Below, in pieces: positions 41,337 through 53,006 of a stretch of 64,000 nucleotides of DNA. The stretch lies in NCBI RefSeq assembly GCF_037042905.1, contig NC_087246.1:26474001-26538000 (forward strand). The letters are read 5' to 3'. The translations under genes and the position numbers were made by a program. The notes beneath the pieces were generated by a model. It was not told the origin of the DNA and made no database searches. It worked only from the letters and a program-made list of their open reading frames with translations. The first letter of the stretch is position 1; every line of letters starts with the position of its first letter. The DNA is from Lytechinus pictus. Its lineage: Eukaryota.

Positions 41337-42437
41337 AAAGAATTTTAAAGAGTTTGACTATTAACATAAAACAATATAAATATTCTAATTGTCCCCCTGA
41401 AGATATTGTTTACAGTGTATACATGTATAATTCTGGTCAAGCTCCAAATTATATAACAGAATTTCTTAAAAGTCTAAACCCAATCACGAACTTGCCATTG
41501 CTACTCTTAAACAATGGAATAGCCTGTCAATTGGTTAAATACCCCCCCCCACCCCCCTATCATTCAATATTTATAAACCCAACTTTAAAAATCTGTTAAA
41601 GTAATTTCTTTGCCTTAGAAAATGAAGTGATGGAAGAGCTCTGAGCCAGCAAAGCTGCATTTTGTTATACAAATATATGCTTATTTTCTTATTCATCACT
41701 ATAACAGAATGAACTCCTAACCAACATCATACCAAGTGGAAACATATAGGTGGTATTGTTCTTCTGGCTCATAACACCCTCCTCTTGTATCCAAGGTCAG
41801 GCTATGGTCAGGCTACTTGGAAATCATTAATTAGTTAATTGATTTCTATTGATTTACATCTAGCACCCAGGGTGTTTATATCTCTATAATTGTCACTCAA
41901 ATGCTCATGATAACACATCTCCATCAACGAAATAAAAACAAAAATTGTGAAGTTTGAATGTAATTAGGGTAATCTTTGGACATGATACAGGATTCAAATA
42001 AAAATCTATATTTATCAATTTTTATTCAATTTTCATGAAATGTAATTTGTCAACATAAATAATAAAGAATCATTTGTCATAAAAGATATTTTGCAATTGT
42101 TTTCCTACAAATTATCAGAAACATTATTGTGAACATGTATTTCATCTTTTTTCATGCTCCTACATAAAACAGTTTAACTAGGACAATTTGAATCAGGAAT
42201 TGAATTGGTCCAAAAAATTCAAAACTTCAGGAACAATCCTACTCTTAAAAACCATCTTAGAATAAATCAAACCAAAATCAAATTTGGGACCTTTTCAGAG
42301 TAGGAAAAAAACAAATCTTAGAATAAATCTATATTGTTTATTGATACACCCCTAAAAAAAAACCTTGAAGTTTATCAAATCATTTCTATCCAGGATTGAG
42401 GGAATGGGCATGGACCTTCTAGAAAGGACAATGGTAC

Positions 42438-43279
42438 CATGGACCTATTACGAATGGACATTCAACGAATCCCCTCCTTTGACCCAAAGACCGTCGCCGC
42501 TAATCCTTTTATAAACAGAGCGCTGGCAGCTGACACCCATCAAGCCGGTCGTAAAACACGCTCTCACTGATGGACAGCGGACATCAATTGTACGCTGCTC
42601 CTACCCATTGCGATGTTGTTCGTTCACTTTATCAAAAGCAACGCACAGCAGCGAACGTTAGCGCTATGAAAATGATAGCAGAAACAAGAAAACAGGCGTG
42701 CATAAACGTATTTTTTACGTACATCGCTAACAACCGGAGATGAAATGCATTGACATCACCTTGCAGATCCGTATATCTACGGCAAAAAAGCAGTTGAAAT
42801 TCGACGAAAAAATCTGCGGAAAAACGTTAAAACTTCATCTTTTTCGGACAGTATTGATGTCGATAGTAGCGCTTACCTTCGGTCAGAAGTTGATTCTCAT
42901 TTGGGCATAAAATTCCACAGGATTGATGAAATTTAACGGGATTTTTTTTGATGGACAGACGACAATCGCACATTATAGACAGCCTAAAATAATGTACTGA
43001 AAAACCGGATATGAACTGCGCATTGCATTCTAGGTAATGTAGGGACTTTCCCTATTGGCAATCGGGGCTACAACATGACCGTCTTTGGTCGAAAGAGGGC
43101 CAGTGATCGATCGGTGACGATCATCGGCCGAAAGGAGCTTGTGTAAACAATCGCCCCAGGCGGTCGTCGTAAAAACCGCGTAAAGAGAAAGTTAAGGGTT
43201 AGACAGCAATTTCGACAGCTGGAAACAGGTGGTGGTCATAAAATGCTCTCGTTGAATGTCCATTCGTAATAGGTCCATG
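42438..43279. mobile_element. Young non-autonomous P-superfamily-like DNA transposon, 842 bp
   Basis: Perfect 31-bp TIR CATGGACCTATTACGAATGGACATTCAACGA. Perfect 7-bp TSD ATGGTAC (42431-42437, 43280-43286). CATGG...CCATG ends and a CpG-rich interior with no transposase ORF. Confidence 0.9.
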
Positions 43280-44169
43280 ATGGTACAAAGGATGATGTAC
43301 TAGGGCATATCTAAGTAGTAAGTTGGTTCATATTTTTATTGAGCTAAGAAAACGATCGGCATATCGAGTGGAATCCTTGTTTTTTTTCCATTTATTGATT
43401 CCAGGGTAAGAGTAAGAGGAAGAAGTGGAAGGATAAGAAGAGTGTGAGTCTAGCATTGGGTTCGCTTTAGGCTAGAAAACACACATCTGTATTAAATTTT
43501 GAGTAGAATGGCACCAGGACATGTATGTAGAGATGGTATCGCGTCCATGTCCTGGGTTGGGCTCCTTTTTTCTATTTCACCTGAATCAGTAAGTCCATGA
43601 TCACATTCAGATGGAATCCCTGAGCTATAAACTATTATCACTTTCAAAACTGATTCATGATGAAGAAGAAAAAAAAATTGTCTAAACTAGTTTCATTGGT
43701 GGTGATGTGTTTCATATTACACAGGACAATAACCTGCGGTCTGGACCAAGAATTACGAGATGTTTTTAAATAGATTAAATCGGCAACGTGAATGAAAACA
43801 AAAGTACTGTTTAAAAATGCAAATGGTTACTTTTCATTTACAATTTTGCCTTAATCATCCATTTTGACTATATTTATACTATTTGAAAAGTATAATTTTG
43901 AGTCCTTAGTAAAAATCAGATTTATTTTGATTATGACAGACATGTTCCTTTTACAGGGATTATAAACAAAACAAAAAACTTCTGTCTCAGATATATGACA
44001 CTCCTCCCCCTCCCCTCCCTCCACAAGCATGGATATCAGGTATCATATGTAGGCCTATACATATTCATTTTCTTGTATGATTGTATTGATTCCTTTGTTT
44101 TGAATGATTTGAATGTCAAATCATAGTGATGAATTACTGCTGATGCTCTAAAATCTGAAGAAAGCATGA

Positions 44170-44655
44170 TGTACTTGTAACTTACCTGGGTGGAGAGGGG
44201 CAAATGCGATCAATGCCTTACCAAAGAATATAGAGGCCGTTTTCATTATGCTTTCTAAAACTAGATTACTGGAAACCGATTCAGCAAACCAGTTTGAAAG
44301 ATTGCTTTGCTTGCTCTCAGTGGGATGACACGTTTCGCGCAAAATTCGAAACCGCAGTGTAGGCATTCTACACCTGTCGTGTGGAGTAGCGTGCTCAAAA
44401 TGTGCAAAGATCACTGCCCGAAGAATGGTTGTGTCCTCACTTATGCTAAAACCAGTTAAACGAGGCAAAGCGATCTTGAAAACTGCATCGCAAGGTGGTT
44501 TTCCGAACTGGCTTGGAAGATCGCTTCCAAGACTGCTTGGATCGTTCTCACTATGCGTTAAACTAGTTTCCACTAAACTAGTTTTAGGAACGTAGTGCCA
44601 CACTGGGATTCGAACCTATATCCCATGGTTCACAATCATGAGACTAGTCTACATA
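44170..44655 (-). mobile_element. tRNA-derived SINE interrupted by a MITE
   Basis: Minus-strand B-box GGTTCGAATCCC (44605-44616). After the MITE it resumes as TTCTTTGGTAAGGCATTGATCGCATTTGCCCCTCTCCACCCAGG, matching the SINE at 41072-41336. Confidence 0.7.
44234..44597. mobile_element. Harbinger-type MITE with a truncated right TIR
   Basis: Left TAG|AGGCCGTTTTCATTATGCTTTCTAAAACTAGATTACTGGAAAC versus reverse complement of right CACTACGTTCCTAAAACTAGTTTAGTGGAAAC. The outer ~11 bp of the right TIR is missing. Confidence 0.75.
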
Positions 44656-46998
44656 ATGAAATGAAGAATATTAGCTCCTGTGGTGATACAGATAATTTGA
44701 TAGGAAAACGATATTCAAATTATACTAGTTAAAGTGGAAATACTAACCTCATTGCCAAAAGGAAATGGTGTAGAGGACATCAATGTTGTACCACGGCTAT
44801 CCCATCAACCGATATGAATAACGTACAAACAATGCTTGTTCTCTTATGATAGAGCACTTCATTAAACTCCCAGCTCTTAATTGGATCTGATAAACCTCCA
44901 ACATTATTTGCACAACTCCAGTTTTATTATCTAGATTTTTAAGAAGATATGAAATTAAAAATGTTTAATGCAGAGCTGTATAAAGTGGTGATGATAAGCC
45001 CTTGTTTATGGCTTATATCTCGACCCTTGTACTCGCTAATTGCAAAATATCTAAATTAGCAGAGGAATTATGAGGTTAGGTTTTGTCCTGTAATAAAACT
45101 TGGTATAATAGTAATTATGGGCATGTGATCAACTGTTTTGTCTGTAAAGCGCTTTCATACCATTAAACATTAAACATCACCTGTTCTTTGGAAACTACTT
45201 TAAATGTCTTATCATATATTCATAATTTCATAAGTTTTGTTAAACATTACAGTGTAAACATGAAAATTCATATTCAGAACTAATCATGAGAGAACCAGTT
45301 AACCAATAAGATGAAATTGATGCCGTTAATATCACTGAATGTGCTACAAAATTGAGAGCAGAAAATGCTCTTATTTTTTTTATCAAAGTTTTAAAAATGT
45401 AAAATCTTGTTTTAGTATGTAGCAAATTGAACACAATGAAAAATTTGTTAAATGCAAGATATGAAAATACTATGAAATACAAAATAAAAGAGGATTGACA
45501 AAATCACTCTCAAATGTAACAATATAATGTGAATCAACATAAAAAATACTAACAATATATAAATGTGTCCTTAAGTACATACCTCATAAAATACAATAAA
45601 CTAAGCCCCTGTTTCCTGATCCGATAATAAAAATACAAGACTTTGTGATATTTATGATAAGAGTAAACACAAATTAAGGGCGCCATTACAAAGATAAGAT
45701 TTATTGCCAAACTAATTCCAAAAGGAATTGTAATTGGGGGCTCGTATATCTTAGGAAGCTTACGGTTTCTATTGGAAAATATGACACTGCACTTCGTTTT
45801 TAAAGCTGACCTTCCGTATCGATGAAACAAATGGCACCCGTGAAATCGGCAAAGACAATTCATAATAATTGAAAAGTGAAGAATGACGATGGGGAAGTTA
45901 TGCAGAAATATTGCAACGGCTATTAGGAAACCTACTTGCGCTAAGATAAAGGACAGAAAACGGTTATAATGAACGAGAGAGCACGATGCCGCAGATCGTT
46001 TAGATTGACTTTGCATCTGCACTTTGGAGAGAAAGACGGCAAATTTACTTTCATTATGATGTAATGAGGTTTATTGACATGTTCATGTTAGATACAAGCA
46101 AACAAACAATTAAGATGCCAGGATAGTCATTCTAATACATATTTCAAATTCTAGCAGCCAGGATGCATCTAAGCTCGGCAGAGCGCCCATTTAATAACAG
46201 TCTTAATCATCCCGTACAGGAGAGGATGAGCTTTCTTTTGAGCTTGTTAATGTGCAACGTTCATGCCTTCGAGATTGAGAAATAAACAAGAGTAATCCGC
46301 AGTGCCCTAACTTTCCTAATCCTTCCGTTATGCCGAGGTCTAAAATGAAGCACCAATTAATAGCAAGATAGATGAGCCTGCTTCATCGGAGCTCAATCCC
46401 TCCCTTCATCATTTTCTTCAGGACTAGGACCAACCTACCACCGGAGGTGGAGAATACAGACAGCTATGTCAATTGGAGGCTTTGTCGGGGATCTATACCA
46501 CGGTAGAGGCCTTATAGTTCTTAAGACTTGCAGCAGTTCTTCCCCAGCGACGGGCAATTTAGACCCGCGCCGAGCCATCACACTCATTAAACCTACAATA
46601 CCCATTGCGAAGGAATCACCGCCGAGTTAAGGGCACTTTGCGGTAGTTAGTTCATGAGGAAATGAACAAAAACAAAATGGGGCCAGATTCGTTTATCATG
46701 TTCTACCAATGCTCTACTGTTTAAAGCACAATGTACACATGTATGCCCAGAGAAGGATAAAATTAAGGAGTAGTGGAGAGGGGGCGTTCTCAATTAAAAC
46801 GTATTCCATGCGGGTAGCCTAAGGTATATATCCTTACTGTGGTGAGGAACAAAATGTCTAGTCTATTAATATAAAATGCACTGCCGCGGCTTTTAATGAA
46901 ATAAACCAATGTGCAATCAAGAATACAATTGAAGCTAGAAACCACACTGGAAATTACTTGTTTCAACCACGCTGTAGTGGATTTCTCTGTATCTCAAA

Positions 46999-47485
46999 AG
47001 GTGGTTTCAGACCGCCTCGAAGTTCGCCAGTTCCAGGTATTCTCTGATCGGGAAATTTACCCAGATCAGAAAATACCAGGTATTTTGGCGGTCTGAAAGC
47101 AAACTACGCGTAATATCCCCGAAAGAAAATACCCGATAAATAGTAGGTACTTGGCGAAATTACGAGAACTTTCGCGGGGATTTTTCCAAGGTCGTGGGTA
47201 TTTTGGCGGTCTGAAAGCAAATTACGGGAACTTTTAGCCCAGCGTGTCGTTGGGTGCGGCGCCGTGGGTGGCTGCTGGGCTAGTGATTTTGAATCTCGCG
47301 CCTTGCTTGCTTATCAGACCATACTGCGCATGCTCCTAACTTCAGGAACTACTTCAGGAACTTATCCCGAAGGGTATGTTTAAGGGCGGTGTGAATGCAG
47401 GAATAATTAATGGGTATTTTTCAGCCTAAAACAGTTCTCGTAATTTAACGGGGATTCTTGTGATCGAGGCGGTTTGAAACCACCT
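46999..47485. mobile_element. PIF/Harbinger-like non-autonomous element, 487 bp
   Basis: 22-bp TIR AGGTGGTTTCARACCGCCTCGA. Internal direct repeat GGTATTTTGGCGGTCTGAAAGCAAA at ~47079 and ~47197. The TSD is not clean. Confidence 0.85.
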
Positions 47486-50400
47486 ACTCACTCCCTTTCT
47501 TTATTTCATTTAAAAAAAGGCTGAGGTAATTACCACCAAGGCCTTCAAACTTTGGATAATTCTTTTATATCAAATCCATTTCACCTTTCATCAAGAAGCT
47601 ACAGCACCCATTCAATTATATTCTAAGAACAAAGTATTTATTATGAATAGTCAGATCAATACTATACATCCTTGGATGAAGAATGTACACCATTGTGGTT
47701 TAAAATAAATCTATCGCATTCAGGAGAACGTATCCTAAATTTTGAGAAAACATACTAAATGATCATTCATGTCTCATCAATGCAACATGATTTCTTAATA
47801 GGCCCATGAGAACAAATTACTTTAATCATTATAATATGTAATAAAACCCTCCTTTGAAACAAATGAAATCACCTTTCTTTCTCTTTACCATCTCTCACTC
47901 TCGCCCTTCCTTTTAATTCTCTCTCTCTCTCTCCCGCCATCTCCTCCTCTCTCTTACCATCTACATCGCCCCTTCTCCTTTTTCAAACCCTTTCTTCTTT
48001 CCCTGGTTTTAATTGGGACCCTTTGTACCGTTCCCCTCATTTTTTGTGTGGTTACTATTATAGTACCTTAACTTGTTTTAGAAGAAATTAAAACTTGAGA
48101 TATCCTCTCCCCCACCCCTCAAGATTCCATCCCATTCTTCTTTACCAACGCTGTGCCTTGTGTTTCAAGAAAAATTGTTTCTAATTAGCAACCAGTGAGG
48201 CTTTCCGCTGCTTCTACAACTAATCAAATTTGACCAATTTATGGCCAATCACAGAAAAATGCTTGGCTGGGCTCTAAAGTGAAACTAAACAGTTACTGCT
48301 ACAGCTACAGGCCCTATGGACAGGGGAAAATCAATTCAAATATATTTACCAGGAGAGTCGAGTTTTAATCAAAACATGCAAATGTTTCACGCAAATTCAA
48401 GAAACTCACCGAGCATCACTAGCGATTCAGTACACAGTGAAGTGTATCTTTATTGTGATTTTTTTTTTCATACCTTTGTATCACAACTCTTTGTCTCTAT
48501 CCTTTCCATTTAGTTTGATTTCTTACTCAGGTGCCTTGCATTTTATTTTAACGGATTGCCTTCATATAGGATTTTAAAGAGCTATGTAGTGATATAAAAT
48601 GTTTCTATAAAGAGTAATATGAATAAAACCAAGAATAACCAATAATTGGCCAATGATCTTCAATATTTTTTTTTCACATCAATAAGTGACAAAATGCACT
48701 TAGTGGGTCTGTCGGGAAGCTATACGATCCATTGTCGAATCTAATAAACTAATGCAGAAATTCATTGCATTGTTTACGGCATGAGAGTGATCGATAAAAA
48801 AAATCTTTGTTATCTTATTTACCTTAATGGTTCTAAATGACCCAGAAAGATATTGGGGTAATTGTAAAGATACAAAAAAAGAAATCTAAAGTACCAAAAT
48901 CATTTCATGACATTTTAGAAAAGGAATCGAAATCTAATAGCAAAAGGGCCCTCACCTTCCAATGAATATCTTTATTTTATGAGTCTTGACGATTGCTGAC
49001 TGCCTGGATGAATTATCTGAAAGAAAATAAAATGCACAGAAAGTTGGGTCATTAGAGTTGAAATAAAGCCTAAAATTGTTGATGACAATAGATAAGACAT
49101 CACCACTTTCCAACAAATCCTTAATGGCCAATATCACTCTTCTGTTGCTAATGGCTCGACATCGAAGCACGGTATCACAAGACAAGAGCTTTTTATTACC
49201 CCCACAAAGTTAACATCAAATACAAAGCCAGGTCATTTGCACAATCACTTAAACTGCCAAAAAACAATAATATCCAAAGATGACTTTTGTTGATTGCAGT
49301 TGTTCTCATCAAATCTCACCACTCTGGAAACTTTGGCATTGCCAATTTGATGTTTTGTAACAAACCTCAAGAGGGAAACTGAACGGACAATAATTTGCTG
49401 AACTAAAATTGCAGAAAAGCATACTTTCTCCTTTTTCCCTTTTCTCTCCAATGAGATACTGCAAGCAATGCTTTCACATTATAAAAAGTAATCAAGCAAT
49501 GCTTTGTGATCTTTTGTGAAATGCAATTAAAAAGTCTCTAGCAATTTGTTTCCTCCTTACTCTTATCAAAATGGATACTAAAATTGCTTCTTTGTAATTG
49601 ATATCAAATCAAACCCAAGTTGACTCCCATATTTCAATGGCACCGCCTATTAGATTGTTCTAAATTCCCTCTTCTTTAAAAACAAATCTTTGTAAAGCAT
49701 CCCTCGCTTGATAAGCAAATTGTTGCCGTTGATTGCATGGCTGTTAGCAATGGAATGTCCGCGGGATGGTTAAGGACATATTACTTTAGGTATGGGCCAG
49801 AGCAACAGTCAAGTGACTACCTAAATTGGAGTGTCACATCTGTGATGTCAGACCCAGAGTGCATTAAACTTGAATTCTTATGGCCGAGCTTAATAGATGA
49901 CGCACAATATTCCTGCCATTTGAATAAAGACGGGTTGAGAAACATGGGATTGGATGATTGAACAATACTTAGGATTCCACGATCTTTGTGTGATTAATAA
50001 TGGATATGCAATGGACAGAGAGAGAGAGTTTGGTTTCAAACCAGTAGCAAGCCTACAGAAATCTCATCAACGCCATGGCAACGAGGTAGGAATAGAGATG
50101 CAGAAATCTTATCAAACAACAATTACGCTTGAAATGCCAAAGAGAGATGGGGTGCAATCCAGGGGTCCAGTGGTCATGTCAATGTTAGAGAAGGAGAAAA
50201 ATACACCCTTAAACATTCAGAATTCATTTGTCAAATTATGCCATTCATCAAGCCAAAACTGTGTCAAACCCTGGACTGAGAAAAGATTATGGTAGAAAAG
50301 AGGAGAGTTATCGGAAACCGTTTTTTGATTTCATTAACTCCCCCCATCCAACCAGGTGCTTCTATCTTGCTCCTAATGAAATTTCTATCTCAAAATTAAA

Positions 50401-52276
50401 TTCTGATTGCGAGTTATATTCAGCTGCACTTTTTATGAGCTAAGATATATCAGGTTATTGTTTTTTTTTTCCTGGTCGTCGTCGTGACGATGTGTTTTCT
50501 CCTCCTTCCTTAGTCCTGTACTGAAATGAGTTATGGATAGGCTTAAGCTCTAGATGTATCTCAGGTACATTATTTGGTTTGCACCGCCAAATCCATCTCT
50601 CTTCTCCTTGCATCATCTTGCACTTTGGGACCGAACACTTAAAGAGGTTTCCTTTCATTACCCAACGAGATGCCACAAAATTGTTTTCTCTTATAATGAA
50701 AAAAGAGGAAAAGTCCTGCGTGCTACCCAATTATCCTCCAACTTGGAGTCTAAGTTTTGACTGCTCCTTCTAATTTCATTTCTGTTCATAAAGCTTGGCT
50801 GATGCATCATCTTTTATTGGGTCTAGATAGCATCGGCATGCCACCGTTATTAGGCCCAAACTCTGGGGCATATCGTTTATAATTACAACAAGATGGATCC
50901 TACTCAGATTTGTTAAGTTTGCTTATCGGAATGTTCCCAAGCTTGTAAGAGATGCTTTGATTGTTTTCCCCACTTTATTGCTTCTTCCCTTTTTCACTGC
51001 AATCTGACCCTTCGTTACATTGTTCTACCATAAACAGATTTTAATGAATCCATATTGATTCTGGCATGGTCTCATATCAGTCTGCCTTCTCTTGTTAGCG
51101 CTGGTTATTTTTTTCGTTAATCAAAATTCATCAACTTGCACTACAAAAAGGGCAGTCAGGCATTCATTTTCATTTCTAGGTTTGTAAGATGTCCCAGTAT
51201 AGAGTAGTTGCATGAGTAATATGACCTCTTTTCATGTTGAAAGCTCGGCAGAGGTAAGACATTACTTTTAATTTGTGATTGTAATTCAAAGTTTCGTCAA
51301 TACTAAGCTTTTTCATAACAATCTCCCTGAGAATTGAAGAAAAAAAAATCATGTTTTTATAAGATACATATAGTACCACAAGACATCAAATTAAGTTCCA
51401 TGAATCCTTGTAAAATATATCTTTTTTTTATTATTATAGATTTTATTGCTTCAAAATCAAATCACAAAATACATAAATAATAGCAGCAATATAATAAATC
51501 ATATACATAAGTAAAATAAGTGTTACAATTCAGCAAAAATATCTTGATACTTGTTTAATGAATTCCATTTATCAAAGTGAACTGAAAGTTTGCCTTGTTT
51601 TACTGCGATTGCTCGCTCTACTTTTTCTGTAAAATATATCTTATTAAAAAAAACTACTCAACAAGTTGGCAACCCATTAGCATAGTAGTCGCACTTTAAA
51701 CTAATTTTAACTCATTTCTTCTCCATTTTTGAAAGTTTGTGGATGGGGGATTGTAAAGGCCTTCATATATATGTTCCATTACTTATGTATAATGTAATCC
51801 ATTACTCTAATAAATAAAAAACTAACATGAGCATTCTTATTTTAGGTCAGATATGGAAAAGGTTATTATCCAACAAAGGTCTTGCTAATTGCTTTTATAA
51901 CTAAGGTCTTCTGACAGTTCCATTGCTACAAATGGAATTTTTATTCACTTCAGATCTGCATTGTTGATGGATAAAGTTCATAAAATTCCATAATTTTCTT
52001 TTCGGCATTCTTTCATGAATATTTACCAGCAGACTTCTACAATATGAGGAGTTCCATCAATCAAATAAAACATTTATGCACATTTATGACTTAGTGATAT
52101 CAATCTATTTTTATTTCTTTTCGATTTTCAATTGCAGGTTCTACTTTGGCAACAAAAGAAAAAAGCAAAATCTAATGAAGTCTCATATAACAAAGTTTTT
52201 CGCAAATTTGCAAGGGTAGTACAGTATAATGTTCATGCTGACGATTATGCAATGCACAATTTGTAACATTCATATG

Positions 52277-53006
52277 ATATTGACTGGCCATGAGGGAACA
52301 TCGAATATGTTGCCCGCAACAGAATCATATTGGCCAGAGTCTTTAGACGAGGGCAATATGGTTCTTTTCAGGGCAACATATTTTATGTTTCCCGAAAGAA
52401 GAGCCAGTCGATATTGTTATTATTTCCAAAGGCTGTACAATGTGTATCACTACAGTACGTCTGATTTAAGGTTATTCACGAACTTAGCGAAGTAACCTTT
52501 AATAAGCAATTGTGACGTAAATTGTTACCTTGCAGTCGCGCATCATGCATGGCGCGCAAATACACTCAATGCGTAGAAATCTTGCGCTTGGGTTACGTTT
52601 GTGTATGCACTGGCTTTAATTGCCGCGCATTGGTTCACAAAAAGGTTCCAGCCAGATTTCTCAAATACTGAAACTAGCAATCAAAATCAGCTCCTACTGT
52701 GCAGGCTTACTAGCAGAAATATGGCCAATATTGCCATTTTTAACACGATTCCTATGGGCAAAGCCCGGGGAGGACAACATGGCAAATGTTTACATCGTTG
52801 GTCTCGGATTTAAAGTAGCAAGCGAAATATGACTTCAATTTATCTCCTAAAATGCCTTGTATAGGTAATGATTATATAATATTGACTGGCCTTGAGGGGA
52901 ACATTAAATATATTGCCCATAAAAGAATCAAATTGGCCCGAGTCTTTAGACGAGGGCAATGTATTTTATGTTCCCCTAAAGAAGAGCCAGTCAATATTTC
53001 TATTAT
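52277..53006. mobile_element. Double-hairpin non-autonomous element, Crypton-like (tentative class)
   Basis: Two direct-repeat copies (52277-52414, 52878-52997) of a long palindrome ATATTGACTGGC..GGGAACAT..TTGCCC..GAGTCTTTAGACGAGGGCAAT..ATGTT.CCC..GCCAGTC.ATAT flank a CpG-rich spacer. No TSD evident. Confidence 0.7.

Noticed and set aside
44148-44603. 151-aa minus-strand ORF
   Set aside because: Coincides with a MITE and SINE remnants and has no transposase motifs.
44598-44655. tRNA-like sequence with GGTTCGAATCCC
   Set aside because: No full cloverleaf; it is the head of a SINE.
45549-46022. 157-aa minus-strand ORF
   Set aside because: No recognisable domain, composition typical of translated AT-rich non-coding DNA, and no supporting splice structure.
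51700-52120. Possible decayed L1/Tx1 ORF2 remnant on the minus strand
   Set aside because: Only a vague peptide resemblance with frame breaks; cannot be supported without an alignment.
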